From: Candidatus Woesearchaeota archaeon
Lineage (GTDB): Archaea; Nanobdellota; Nanobdellia; Pacearchaeales; GW2011-AR1
Assembly: GCA_964497435.1 (NCBI GenBank)
Contig: CAZCCD010000001.1
Location: 87,009-151,008, forward strand
Direction: 5' to 3'
Length of the DNA stretch: 64,000 bases
The notes beneath the pieces are model-generated. The model had not been told where the DNA came from. It made no database searches and saw nothing but the letters and a program-made list of their open reading frames with translations. Shown here one piece after another: positions 18,230-28,583 of the stretch (its first letter is position 1; each line of letters begins with the position of its first letter). Both the position numbers and the translations under genes were made by a program.

Positions 18230-19243
18230 TTAATCTAAAATCTCGAAGTTATTTTTCCATGAATTCAATATTACCTTTGCTCCTAGAGGGATCGTAATTT
18301 GGGGGTCAGTATGACCTATATCTGCACCAAACAATATGGGAAAATTATAAGAACTGGTTCTCTCAATAATTTTTTCCTTTAATTTTTTTGTGTCTTCATC
18401 ACTATATCTAAAAGGCCTACCAACAATCATTCCAGAAATTTCATTAAATACGCCAGTTAACTTTAAATCTTGGAGATATGCGTCAATAGTGGAAAGGGGT
18501 TCTCCTTCATCAAATTTTTGTCCTTCAGGTATTTCCCAAAAAAATATTTTATTTTTATAATCTGGCCAGTATTCAGTTCCTCTCAAATGAACTATTGAAG
18601 ATATACACCCCCCTATTATCTCCCCTACAGCCTCTCCTTCTTTTATCCATTCGAAACCTTTGTTTTTTCTCATTTTCCTTGGTCTAGTTAAATCTAATTT
18701 TTGGCTCCAGTCTAATAATTCATCAGTCCATTCTTCTGATGGAAGTATTTTACCTATATTATCTTCAACTATCGCTTTGTTGAAATATTTTAATGTATAA
18801 GTCAATGGTTTTGGATATTCTCCAAATTGTGTCATTGCACATGGTCCATAGTAAGTTATCAACTTAGATTTTGTATGTATAGCGTAATGCAACACACTTA
18901 CATCAGAATACCCACAAAAAATTTTAGGATTTTCTCTTATCTTTTCAAAATCTAGATAATCCAAGGTTTGATTAGCAACTTCTCCACCAATAGAACAAAT
19001 TATTGCATTAACTTTTTTATCTGTGAAGGCATCCATTATATCTTTAGCCCTATCTTTAGCAGGAGCTGATTCCCAACCATTCGTCTTTCTAGTACAAGGG
19101 AATTCTTTTATTTTATACCCCAAAAATTTTAAGAAATTTATAGCGTTATCTAATCTATGTGGAAAAATAGCCGCAAGTCCGGCAGACGGAGAGATTATTG
19201 CTATACTATCTCCTTTTCTTAATTTTTTAGGTTTTGTTAACAT
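18230..19243 (-). CDS. S66 LD-carboxypeptidase family protein (LdcA/MccF-like)
   Basis: 'LRKGDSIAIISPSAG' is the GDxIxxxAPSS N-terminal signature. GYSDVSVLH is the catalytic-Ser GYSDxT-like motif and GADIGHTDP the catalytic His. At 337 aa the length is MccF-like. It is convergent with the aaRS-like operon. Confidence 0.7.
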   Translation of the reverse strand: MLTKPKKLRKGDSIAIISPSAGLAAIFPHRLDNAINFLKFLGYKIKEFPCTRKTNGWESAPAKDRAKDIMDAFTDKKVNAIICSIGGEVANQTLDYLDFEKIRENPKIFCGYSDVSVLHYAIHTKSKLITYYGPCAMTQFGEYPKPLTYTLKYFNKAIVEDNIGKILPSEEWTDELLDWSQKLDLTRPRKMRKNKGFEWIKEGEAVGEIIGGCISSIVHLRGTEYWPDYKNKIFFWEIPEGQKFDEGEPLSTIDAYLQDLKLTGVFNEISGMIVGRPFRYSDEDTKKLKEKIIERTSSYNFPILFGADIGHTDPQITIPLGAKVILNSWKNNFEILD

Positions 19244-19587
19244 AAATTAATCATAAAAACAAGATATAAAAATCTTCCTAACTTTTTATTCAAACATGAA
19301 AAAAAGCCCCTCCATTTATCACAGACAGAAAAAGAGCATTGTTTTTTGATTTAGACATTCTGTTTCCATTTTTTACCTCTCCGTTTCCATAATATTTAAT
19401 AGTAAACTCTTTGAACGGAATTTCTTTATTTAAAGCTTTTTCTAATACTTTTCTTAAGAGTTATTTCCTATCCTTAAATAAAATTTAAATTAATTCCAAC
19501 TTATATAAATTGTTCTCTTTTTACTCTATTTTAACAACTATTTCAAAAAATAATAACCTTTAAATATATCTCTTTATTATATTGAAC

Positions 19588-21933
19588 ATGAAAGGAAAAG
19601 AGGTAGGTAGTAGAATTTTAGTTATATCATTCATAATAATATTAACTTTATCTATTGTATCTGCAAGCTTTCTTGGAAACCTTTTAAAAGCATTAACTGG
19701 AACAGGGAGAGCAGTGGGAGGAGGTGCCTGTACAGACAGTGATGGACAAGGGAATTTTAACGTTGGAGGTTACGTAACTAAAGATGGAGTAGTATATTAC
19801 GATTATTGTGCTGGAAGTGCTGCTTATGATTATTACTGCCCAATAGGGGGCGATATAGGTGATGATGTAGGTGATACTTCACCACCAACAAGTGGTGCTG
19901 ACGTTGTTCTGTCTTTAGTAAGAGATTCTATAACAGGCGCTGCATCGAGTATAACAGGTGCTGTTGTAACTCCACCACCAACAAGTTCAATAGATTGCAG
20001 GACTTTTGGCCAGGGGATAACTTGTATTGGAGGAGGGCAATGTGGGTGTGTAGATGGAACAACAAAAACCTGCGGCCCCATAGAAGGAAATGAAGGAGAA
20101 TGTAATTTAGGAACTACAACATGCACAAATGGAAATTATCCTTCCTCATGTCAAGGAGCTATATATCCTGTATCTGAAACATGTAATGGCCTCGACGATG
20201 ATTGTGATGGAATAAGAGATGATGGAAATTTGTGTCCGAGTGGATATACGTGTAGTCCTACAGCTAAAACATGTGTTCTTCAAGTTGGTGGAGGTTGTAC
20301 TGATTCTGATAATGATACTTATAGCATAAACGGAGGGAATTGTGGAACTATCGACTGCAACGACAATAATGCAAACATTAATCCAGGCGCAACAGAAATA
20401 TGTGGGAATGGTATTGATGAAGATTGCAGTGGGGCAGATTTAACATGTCCTCCTAACACTATAACTTACTATTGTGATACTGATAGAGATGGATTCAAAA
20501 ATAAAATTGCATCTGGAACATGCAATCAAGGATCGACAGGGTGTCCTCCACTAGGATGTATTTCTACACAAGGAAATGACTGCAATGATAATAATGATGC
20601 CATAAATCCAACAGAGGACGAAATTTGTGATGACAATATTGACAATGATTGTGATGATGATGTAGATGATGATGATTCAGAATGTTACATACCTCCTCCA
20701 GAATGCTTTGATTCTGACAGAGACGGATATGGAAAAGCAGGCTCAACAGGATGTTTAAAATCAGGAATTGATTGTAATGATATTGAAGGATCTGGAGAGA
20801 ATATAAATCCCGGAGAAGAAGAAGTTTGTGATGGAATAGACAATGATTGTAATACCAATACTATAGAAGGCAACATCCTTGATGTTGTAACCTGCCAGCC
20901 CTTAAACAAAAATGCAGGTGGAGCTTGTTTATCAATTTCTATAAAGTGTGTTTCTGGAACAATGGAAACATGTACATCTAAAGGATATTTAAATCCAGCC
21001 TCTACAGAAAACAAAAATGATGACATAGACAATAACTGCGATGGAACAGTTGATGAAGGTACAGAATGCAGCACTAATGGAGAAACAAAATTCTGTAACA
21101 CAGAATGCGAGCCAGGAAAACAAACTTGTGTTAATAAAGAGTGGGGGCAGTGTGTTCTTGATTCTAATCCAGACCTTCCTTCTTCATGCACTAACAGAGA
21201 ATGTACTCCAGGTAATTCTGCGGTCTGTGGGACAAATCTCGGAGCATGTATGGTCGGCTTAAAAACCTGTGACAGTGTTGGAAAGTGGGGGGGGTGTGAA
21301 GGAGACATAGGTCCTGAAACAGAGATCTGCAATGACGGAGTTGACAATGATTGTGATGGTTTTGCTGATGGAGAAGAAATAGATTGCGGAGGAGATAGAG
21401 GAACAGCAGCAGGCACAGATGACTCTGGAACTATTGGAGAAGAAGGAGAAGAATCATCAATAGAGCAAGGAACACCTACAACATCTGAAGATATTCAAAG
21501 ACAAAAGAAAATAGAATGGACAAAAAAATCATTCTTTCAAAAAATATGGTCGGTAATACTAAGCATATTCAATGTAGGAAGAAGTGTTCTTGGAAATGTT
21601 GTAGCAGAAACAGCTGATATACACTGCAGCGATTCTGACAGAGGGAAAGACTATTTCAACAAAGGAACAGGAAGTGGATTAAATGCACAAGACGAAGAAA
21701 TATGGTTTGTTGATTTCTGCTACCAAGAAAATCAAAACAACCAGGTTGAAAAATGCGGAGGAGATGATTGCTTCTTGAAAGAATATGCATGTGATAATCC
21801 TTACGTTAATGCAGAGACAGAAATAAAATGTCAGTACGGATGCATAAATGGGGCATGTGTCCCTGACGCAAGTTTAAGTGACAGCTGCATATACTTTGAT
21901 AAAGAAACCTGGAAATGGATGAATATTTGTTGA
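19588..21933 (+). CDS. secreted Cys/Asp-rich protein with many MopE-like putative metal-binding repeats
   Basis: It has a signal peptide, then about 8 repeats of C..D.D.DGY….CG..DCND.N..I.PGA.E.C..G.D.DC.G. A hydrophobic segment lies near residue 640. Confidence 0.5.
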   Translation: MKGKEVGSRILVISFIIILTLSIVSASFLGNLLKALTGTGRAVGGGACTDSDGQGNFNVGGYVTKDGVVYYDYCAGSAAYDYYCPIGGDIGDDVGDTSPPTSGADVVLSLVRDSITGAASSITGAVVTPPPTSSIDCRTFGQGITCIGGGQCGCVDGTTKTCGPIEGNEGECNLGTTTCTNGNYPSSCQGAIYPVSETCNGLDDDCDGIRDDGNLCPSGYTCSPTAKTCVLQVGGGCTDSDNDTYSINGGNCGTIDCNDNNANINPGATEICGNGIDEDCSGADLTCPPNTITYYCDTDRDGFKNKIASGTCNQGSTGCPPLGCISTQGNDCNDNNDAINPTEDEICDDNIDNDCDDDVDDDDSECYIPPPECFDSDRDGYGKAGSTGCLKSGIDCNDIEGSGENINPGEEEVCDGIDNDCNTNTIEGNILDVVTCQPLNKNAGGACLSISIKCVSGTMETCTSKGYLNPASTENKNDDIDNNCDGTVDEGTECSTNGETKFCNTECEPGKQTCVNKEWGQCVLDSNPDLPSSCTNRECTPGNSAVCGTNLGACMVGLKTCDSVGKWGGCEGDIGPETEICNDGVDNDCDGFADGEEIDCGGDRGTAAGTDDSGTIGEEGEESSIEQGTPTTSEDIQRQKKIEWTKKSFFQKIWSVILSIFNVGRSVLGNVVAETADIHCSDSDRGKDYFNKGTGSGLNAQDEEIWFVDFCYQENQNNQVEKCGGDDCFLKEYACDNPYVNAETEIKCQYGCINGACVPDASLSDSCIYFDKETWKWMNIC

Positions 21934-22394
21934 TCTCCTTTAAATTTGTATTATGAATTTTCTCTTAATAACGTGAATATCAATTTTAATATTAATAAGA
22001 AAAATACAATGACATGATAAATTATTCATTAAAATTAATTTATAGCGAAGATAAGAAAGGTAATAAGCCAAATATGTTAATAATGAATTTATTCTTACAT
22101 TATTTTATGTTAAGTTATAAACTTGATTTAATACAAATTAATTATTTTAAAATTAATCAATCATAAGAATTATTGTTAAGCCAAAAGATGATGAAATATA
22201 AGTTAAAATGCTTATAATTATCCATAATTTATCTAGGGGGTTTTATTTTTCCATTTATAAAAACTATAGAAATTGTTAATTCAAAAGATGATTTATTTAA
22301 ATTGATATTTTAACTTTGTCTTTATTTATAAGATTATATTGGTGAGTAACATTAAACTTTATTAGTAATATTAAAAATAATCTTTATATTAAAT

Positions 22395-22691
22395 TTATCT
22401 TCCTCGTTTTCTTACAAAATGTCCTATTAATATCCCTATCAAGAATGCTGTGACAAAAGTGAGAATCAGTCCTACTGCTATTTGACTAGGAGTTAATCCA
22501 AAATAAACAAAAGAATTTATACAGAAATTTCCCATTGCTTCTTCCATGCTTGATATAAATCCTCCTACTCCAAGAATAGTTCCAAGCACATATAATGCAA
22601 AGTTGTATATTACTAAAGCCAAGATTCCCACAAACCCATCAATCAACCATACAGGAACAGTTACCTCTCTTTTTTGTTTATTCTTTACCAT
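22395..22691 (-). CDS. small integral membrane protein
   Basis: It has three hydrophobic helices and a basic C-terminal tail. There are no recognisable motifs. Confidence 0.3.
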   Translation of the reverse strand: MVKNKQKREVTVPVWLIDGFVGILALVIYNFALYVLGTILGVGGFISSMEEAMGNFCINSFVYFGLTPSQIAVGLILTFVTAFLIGILIGHFVRKRGR

Positions 22692-22744
22692 CTTCCCTCT
22701 TTTATATATTAATAAGTTATTCCTGTTTTTTAAAGCTTTTTATT

Positions 22745-23569
22745 TTAGTATATATCTAATAATTCTTCTTTTTCATTGAGTGTTTTTTGTTTTTCTACTT
22801 TTGGAGGTTTGTTGCCCCATGCAGGACAAATTGATTTGTATTCGCACCAATTACAAAGAGGTGATTTAATTGGAGGAAAAGAAACTGTTGCCTCGATCTT
22901 TTTTATTAATTCAAGAGTTTCTAATTTAAGCTTTTCAAGTTCTTGCTCTGTTTTTTTTATTTTTACTTTTTTGTTATATGCAAGGTAATGCCAGATCATA
23001 GAAACGTCTTTTCCATATCTTTCTTTTATTGCCATTGAATAAAGAGCAAGCTGTCTATCATTTTCCATTTCTCCATGCCTAGGAGGATTTCCAGATGTTT
23101 TGTAATCATGTATTTCATATTCTTCTGTTTTTAGGTTATAAGAAAGTCTATCTATGAAACCTTGAACTTTATACACTCTATTTTCATCTAATTCTAAGAC
23201 AACTTTTTTTTCTACATCAATAGTATTATCATCAAAAGGCTTATTTTCCATGTAATAAATCAACAAAAATTGCACGCCTTTATTAAAATAATCTCTTGGA
23301 GTTAAATTCTTATTGGCATTAATAAAATCTGGAGAAAAATCTTCCTCCCATTTCCTTGAATAATATTTTATAAGTTCCTCAATAGAAGGAATTTTCTTAT
23401 TTTTAACATTCAAGTAAAGCCACTCTAAAGTTAAATGAACAACCCCTCCTAAATGAGCCTCTATGCTTTTTTCAATTTCAGGAATTATCTTATCTTTATA
23501 CCTAAATTTAAATTTTAAAGGGCATTGTTCAAATGTCTTTAATCTTGAATTCGAATAAATTTCTGGCAT
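22745..23569 (-). CDS. Cas4/RecB-like PD-(D/E)XK nuclease with Fe-S Cys cluster
   Basis: An N-terminal Cys (FEQCPLKF), the PD-(D/E)XK core (FIDRL…EIHDYK) and the C-terminal CNWCEYKSIC (Cx2Cx5C) match the Cas4/DUF83 architecture. There is no CRISPR array or other cas gene in the window. Confidence 0.6.
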   Translation of the reverse strand: MPEIYSNSRLKTFEQCPLKFKFRYKDKIIPEIEKSIEAHLGGVVHLTLEWLYLNVKNKKIPSIEELIKYYSRKWEEDFSPDFINANKNLTPRDYFNKGVQFLLIYYMENKPFDDNTIDVEKKVVLELDENRVYKVQGFIDRLSYNLKTEEYEIHDYKTSGNPPRHGEMENDRQLALYSMAIKERYGKDVSMIWHYLAYNKKVKIKKTEQELEKLKLETLELIKKIEATVSFPPIKSPLCNWCEYKSICPAWGNKPPKVEKQKTLNEKEELLDIY

Positions 23570-23600
23570 CTTTTATTAAAAGAAAAATAGTTTATAAAAA

Positions 23601-26600
23601 TTATCCATTATCAATGTTTTCCTGGACTTTAACTAGATCAGTGACATAATCTCCTGGTTGGAGTTTTACGACTCTAACACCTTGTGTAGCTCTTCCCATG
23701 ACTCTAATGTTTTTTAAAGAAGTTCTTATGACTATTCCTTTTGCAGTTGTAATAATTATTCCATCAGAATCATTGACAGAGACAGTATTAACAACCTCTC
23801 CTGTCTTGTCAGTGACTTTAAGATTGATTACTCCTTTGCCCGCCCTTGCTGTTTTTCTATAATCATTAACAGCTGTTCTCTTTCCATAACCTTTCTTAGT
23901 TATTGTGAAAACAGCCTCTGTCTTTAAAATTTCAAGGCTAACAACGCTATCATTGTCAAGCTTTATCCCTGTAACACCATAACTAGCTCTTCCCATATCT
24001 CTAACTTCTTCTTCATTAAATCTTATTGCTTTTCCTTTTTTAGTCGCTATCAAAACTTCCTGTCCTTTCTTAACAACTTCAACACCAACAAGCTCATCAG
24101 TATTGTCATTAGGAAGGTTTATTGCCCTTACTCCAGAAGCCCTTGGTTTTGAAAAATGTTTCAAAGATATTTTCTTAACCATTCCTTTTTTAGTAACCAT
24201 AAACAAATAATAATCAAAATTCTTTATAGAAATAACATTTGTTATTGCTTCGTTGCTTAACTTCACCATATTCACTATTGCTTTCCCTTTACTATATCTT
24301 TCAACTTCAGGAACATCATAGGCCTTAAGCCATAAAACCCTGCCTCTTGTTGTGAAAAATATTAAATAATCATGAGTAGAACAGTTTATTAATTGCTTTA
24401 CAAAATCTCCTGTAGCCAAATTGCTTCCTATTACTCCTTTCCCTCCTCTTTTCTGCTCTTTATAAGCTTTAACATCCATTCTCTTACAATATCCCTTATC
24501 AGTTATTGTAACTACTATCTCTTTTTCTTGGACCAAATCTTTCTCAGAAATTTCAGAGATTCTTTGTAAAACCTGGGTCCTTCTTTTATCACCGTATTTG
24601 TTTTTCAGTTCTGATGTTTCTTTAATAATTATCTTCAAAATTTCGTTTATATCTCCAAGAATTTTTTCAAGCTCTGCAATTCTCAATTTTAAATCTTCTG
24701 ACTCTTTCTTCAATTTATCTCTTTCAAGAGTTGTAAGCTGTTGAAGTTTTGTTTCCAAGACAGCTTGAGCCTGTTTTTTAGTCAGCTTGAATTGATTAAC
24801 TAAGGCATCTGAGGCTTCCAAAACCCCTTTGGATTTCTTTATAGTTACTATTACTTCATCTATGTTTTTTAATGCAATCAAAAGACCCTCGACAATTTCC
24901 TGCCTTTCCTTGGCAATTTTCAACTCAAACTTAGTTCTGTTTGTAACCATTAATTTTCTGTGATTGACAAAAGCCTCAAGAACTTCTTTTATATTAAGGA
25001 CTATTGGTTCTTTTCCAACAAGCGCGAGAAAATTAACATTAAAACTATCTTGAAGTCTCGTGTATTTGTAAAGCGCATTCGTAATAAACTTTGGATTAGC
25101 ACCTCTCCTTAATTCAATAACAACTCTTATATCTCCTTTAGAACTCTCGTCCCTTAAATCAGCAATATCTTTTATTTTTTTATTCTGTATAAGATTCGCA
25201 ATTTCTTCAATAAGAAAGCTTTTATTTAACATATAAGGAATCTCTGTTACAACAATTGCTTCTTTTCCTCTTATATTTTCTATAGTTGTCTTTCCTCTTA
25301 CAATTATTCTACCTCTTCCTGTCTTATAAAGCTCAAGCATGTCTCCTTGAATTAAGCCTCCAGTAGGAAAATCAGGCCCTGATATTATCTCACATATTTT
25401 CTCTATTGAAATTTCTGGATTTTTTATATAAGCATTAATTGCGTCGCAAACTTCAATTATGTTATGTGGAGGAATGTTTGTGGCCATGCCAACAGCAATT
25501 CCTGAAGCTCCGTTAAGGAGGAGTGTTGGTAGTTTTCCTGGTAGTAATTCTGGCTCTTTTAAAGAATTGTCAAAATTAGGCAAGAACTTAACAGTTTCTT
25601 TTTCAATATCTTGAAGAAGCTCCATAGTTATAGACATTAATCTTGCTTCAGTGTTATGGCTTATGAATCCATTTGATATAAAAGAATGACAATTACTATC
25701 TACTTTTATAGAATAGACTTTTTGTTTTTCTGTTTTTTCAACAGAAACAATTCTATCAAACAAATATTGGTAAGTTAAAAAATATTCAAATAAAGATTTA
25801 AGGTTAATTCCTGTCCTTTTTAATACAATAGAGGAAATCCTTTGATAATTTTGTCTCATATTAGAATACCTATCAAAATTATGCTTCACAACAAATTCAT
25901 TATCAGAATATTTCGCTAATCTTCTAATAAAATCTGATAAGAATGGAACGAAGTCCTTGGAAGAATATTCCTTTTTATATAATAAAAGAGCAAATTCTAA
26001 TTTTTTATTTTTTCTCTCAGATAAAAATCCTAATTCTTTATAAAATCTTAAAAAATTTCTTTTTCCTCTTATTTGTAGAAGATGTAAATTCTTATATTTA
26101 TCATATCTCTTAAACGAATCTATTCCAAACCTCAAAAGAGATGTTTGCATTATTCTGATTATTTCTTCGCTTGTTGAGCAAAGTCTTATTTCCATGAATT
26201 TTTTTGAGTAACTAATGTTTCCTTCACCTTCGTAAAAAATTCTTATAAAGGTTGAAATAATCTCTTTAGGGGATTTTAAGATTAACAAAGGAATCTTTTT
26301 TTCTTTTGATTTAACAGGCTCTAATCCTATATTTTTAAGGAATTCTATAGTATGCCTGCAATGACACTCAAGTCTATAATATTCTTTTTTTCCGAAAGAA
26401 GAAGGTTTTCTTTTAAATTTATGTAATTTACTATCGGGAAAAACCCTATCCCATCTTGTTTGAAGTTCTGTTATCCAAGGCTCATCAACGTTACAAAATT
26501 CTATTTTATTTTTAGAAATTGAGCCTTCCGAGATAAAAGAAGCCAAAATAAAAGCTACATTTTCATCTAAAAATTCTGGAAGAATTCTTTTTTTTGTTCT

Positions 26601-27347
26601 GTTATTTTTTGCAACAGGATAATATTCTTTTAATTCAATTTTTTGTTTTGGCCAAAAATCATCTTGAAGTCTATCAAGTACAACAACGTCTCCTTCTCTT
26701 ATCTGCTCTAAGGTTTTCCACATAAAAATAGGTCTCTTAAATTCATCAGTAGCTATTGTCAAAACGGGGTGATTATAACTTCCCATCAAAGTATAACCTT
26801 TGTCTGTAGCTATTTTGATTGTTTCGTGTTCACCAGAATCAAACCATTTTGAAACATTATTTACTTTTTTGTCTTTTGAAAGAACTCTTACTTCTTTATC
26901 AGATATTTCATCAATTCTTATTAAGCCTTTGTCTGTTAAAACAAGAGAGTCACCGCTAACACAATACCTGTAAGCAGCAGGAGGATCCCCATCAATTGAT
27001 CCAAAATTTCCCTGACCAAAAACAAGAGGATATCTCAATGAAAAATCCTGCGCCATTCTTACTAAAGCATCGTAAACAGCTGTATCTCCATGCGGATGGA
27101 ATTTTCCAATAACATCGCCAACAACTCTTGCTGATTTTTTTGTTTGAGTCCCTGGTTTTAGGCCCATTTGGTTCATTGCATAAAGAATTCTTCTTTGCAC
27201 AGGCTTTAATCCATCTTCTACAGAAGGTATCGCCCTTGAAACAATTACAGACATGGCATAATCTAGGTAAGCTTTCTTAACTTCTTCAGATATCTCTGTA
27301 TTAAAAATGCCTTTTTCTAATTCTTTCTGATTTAATTCTTCTGCCAT
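23601..27347 (-). CDS. gyrA: DNA gyrase subunit A, interrupted by an intein
   Basis: The N-extein ends …[16 protein letters not shown] (active-site Tyr region) and the C-extein begins TEARLMSI… then continues with the typical GyrA beta-pinwheel C-terminal domain. Removing the insert leaves 811 aa of extein. Confidence 0.9.
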   Translation of the reverse strand: MAEELNQKELEKGIFNTEISEEVKKAYLDYAMSVIVSRAIPSVEDGLKPVQRRILYAMNQMGLKPGTQTKKSARVVGDVIGKFHPHGDTAVYDALVRMAQDFSLRYPLVFGQGNFGSIDGDPPAAYRYCVSGDSLVLTDKGLIRIDEISDKEVRVLSKDKKVNNVSKWFDSGEHETIKIATDKGYTLMGSYNHPVLTIATDEFKRPIFMWKTLEQIREGDVVVLDRLQDDFWPKQKIELKEYYPVAKNNRTKKRILPEFLDENVAFILASFISEGSISKNKIEFCNVDEPWITELQTRWDRVFPDSKLHKFKRKPSSFGKKEYYRLECHCRHTIEFLKNIGLEPVKSKEKKIPLLILKSPKEIISTFIRIFYEGEGNISYSKKFMEIRLCSTSEEIIRIMQTSLLRFGIDSFKRYDKYKNLHLLQIRGKRNFLRFYKELGFLSERKNKKLEFALLLYKKEYSSKDFVPFLSDFIRRLAKYSDNEFVVKHNFDRYSNMRQNYQRISSIVLKRTGINLKSLFEYFLTYQYLFDRIVSVEKTEKQKVYSIKVDSNCHSFISNGFISHNTEARLMSITMELLQDIEKETVKFLPNFDNSLKEPELLPGKLPTLLLNGASGIAVGMATNIPPHNIIEVCDAINAYIKNPEISIEKICEIISGPDFPTGGLIQGDMLELYKTGRGRIIVRGKTTIENIRGKEAIVVTEIPYMLNKSFLIEEIANLIQNKKIKDIADLRDESSKGDIRVVIELRRGANPKFITNALYKYTRLQDSFNVNFLALVGKEPIVLNIKEVLEAFVNHRKLMVTNRTKFELKIAKERQEIVEGLLIALKNIDEVIVTIKKSKGVLEASDALVNQFKLTKKQAQAVLETKLQQLTTLERDKLKKESEDLKLRIAELEKILGDINEILKIIIKETSELKNKYGDKRRTQVLQRISEISEKDLVQEKEIVVTITDKGYCKRMDVKAYKEQKRGGKGVIGSNLATGDFVKQLINCSTHDYLIFFTTRGRVLWLKAYDVPEVERYSKGKAIVNMVKLSNEAITNVISIKNFDYYLFMVTKKGMVKKISLKHFSKPRASGVRAINLPNDNTDELVGVEVVKKGQEVLIATKKGKAIRFNEEEVRDMGRASYGVTGIKLDNDSVVSLEILKTEAVFTITKKGYGKRTAVNDYRKTARAGKGVINLKVTDKTGEVVNTVSVNDSDGIIITTAKGIVIRTSLKNIRVMGRATQGVRVVKLQPGDYVTDLVKVQENIDNG
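25653..26963 (-). mobile_element. GyrA intein (about 437 aa) with LAGLIDADG-type homing-endonuclease region
   Basis: It starts with Cys right after AAYRY ([13 protein letters not shown]) and ends …FISHN, followed by the +1 Thr. An internal LASFISEGS block is LAGLIDADG-like. The insertion site is the classical gyrA site adjacent to the catalytic Tyr. Confidence 0.75.
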
Positions 27348-27361
27348 TTTAAATTCTATTT

Positions 27362-27559
27362 TTAATCATAACCAAAATCTTCATGCGATAAGAAAAGTTC
27401 ATTCTCATCATCTAAATTGATTGTTACTGATTCTTTGTTTTCTTTAAGTTCTCTTAATCTTTCCATCCATTCATCAATCTCCTTGTCACTTAAAGAAACT
27501 TCAGTAACCTCAACTTCAATTTCTTCATTATTTTCTTCCATTTTAATCTCCTTTGTCAA
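27362..27559 (-). CDS. small highly acidic protein
   Basis: The 65-aa ORF is Glu/Asp-rich and overlaps the start of the upstream zinc-ribbon gene by 17 nt. Its function is unknown. Confidence 0.25.
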   Translation of the reverse strand: MTKEIKMEENNEEIEVEVTEVSLSDKEIDEWMERLRELKENKESVTINLDDENELFLSHEDFGYD

Positions 27560-27806
27560 AGATTTTTAAAAATTCTTCTTCTCCAACCTCTTCATTAATA
27601 ATCTCCACTCCTTTCCATTTGCATCTACGACACTCCCATTCCCCCTTACCTCTACCTTCTTCTATTCCAAGGACAACCCCTATTTCAGCACTCTTGCATT
27701 TTGGGCATTTTCTGACTTTGTAAACCTTACTTTTAATTTTAGCTTTTGGTTTTTCCTTTCCTTTCAATATCCAGTCAGGTGTCTGTATTTTAGATTTTTT
27801 TGGCAT
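27543..27806 (-). CDS. small zinc-ribbon protein
   Basis: CPKCKS…CRRCKW forms a CxxC…CxxC ribbon, and the N-terminus is Lys-rich. Confidence 0.35.
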   Translation of the reverse strand: MPKKSKIQTPDWILKGKEKPKAKIKSKVYKVRKCPKCKSAEIGVVLGIEEGRGKGEWECRRCKWKGVEIINEEVGEEEFLKIFDKGD

Positions 27807-27972
27807 GTTTATAATATTACTTTAGTTTGTCTTTATTTTCAAATTGCGGAAATAAATTATTTTGATAATTGCAGTCATTGCATTTATACATTGGAGTTGA
27901 ATCTTTTATATTAGAAGCTATAATAACATTAGTTGACTTGCATTTCTGGCAGGATATTTTTAGTTTCATTTT

Positions 27973-28581
27973 TTAAACAATAACTCCTAAGTTTTTTAGT
28001 TCTCTTTTCATTTGATCAAAATTCTCAAACTTTATTGTTTTAATCCCAATGCTTTTGGCATTATCTATATTTTTAGGATGATCATCTATAAGCACAATTT
28101 CTTCAGGCTTAACTTTAAGATCATTAATTATCTTATCAAAAGCTCCTTTTTCTCTCTTAATTTTCCCAATATCAAAAGAAGTAAAAGAGATATCAAAAGA
28201 TTTGAGATGACTTTGTTCAATGTGAGCTTGGAAATGAATATCATTAGTGTCGGTATAACAAACAACCTTAAATTTATTCTTTAATTTATTAATAATATTC
28301 TTGACTTCTTTATTTACTTTTTTGTATTTCATATATAATTCTTTATAATATTCAGTTACTTCTTTAGGATTAAGATTCTTATCTTTACAAATTTCAGTAA
28401 ATACATCAAGCATTTTTGCTTTTCCTTTTTGAGATTTATTATAAATTTCATTAATTTTTGGTCCATAACTACTTCTGATTAAAGTGCTTATACCATATCT
28501 TTTACTCATATCCTCATCTATTTTCTTCCAATCAATATCAAAACACACACTTCCTAAGTCAAAAATTATTGTTTTTATCAT
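27973..28581 (-). CDS. HAD-superfamily hydrolase
   Basis: The N-terminal 'IIFDLGSV' is the DxD/G motif I. The overall size is HAD-like. Confidence 0.5.
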   Translation of the reverse strand: MIKTIIFDLGSVCFDIDWKKIDEDMSKRYGISTLIRSSYGPKINEIYNKSQKGKAKMLDVFTEICKDKNLNPKEVTEYYKELYMKYKKVNKEVKNIINKLKNKFKVVCYTDTNDIHFQAHIEQSHLKSFDISFTSFDIGKIKREKGAFDKIINDLKVKPEEIVLIDDHPKNIDNAKSIGIKTIKFENFDQMKRELKNLGVIV

Positions 28582-28583
28582 TT

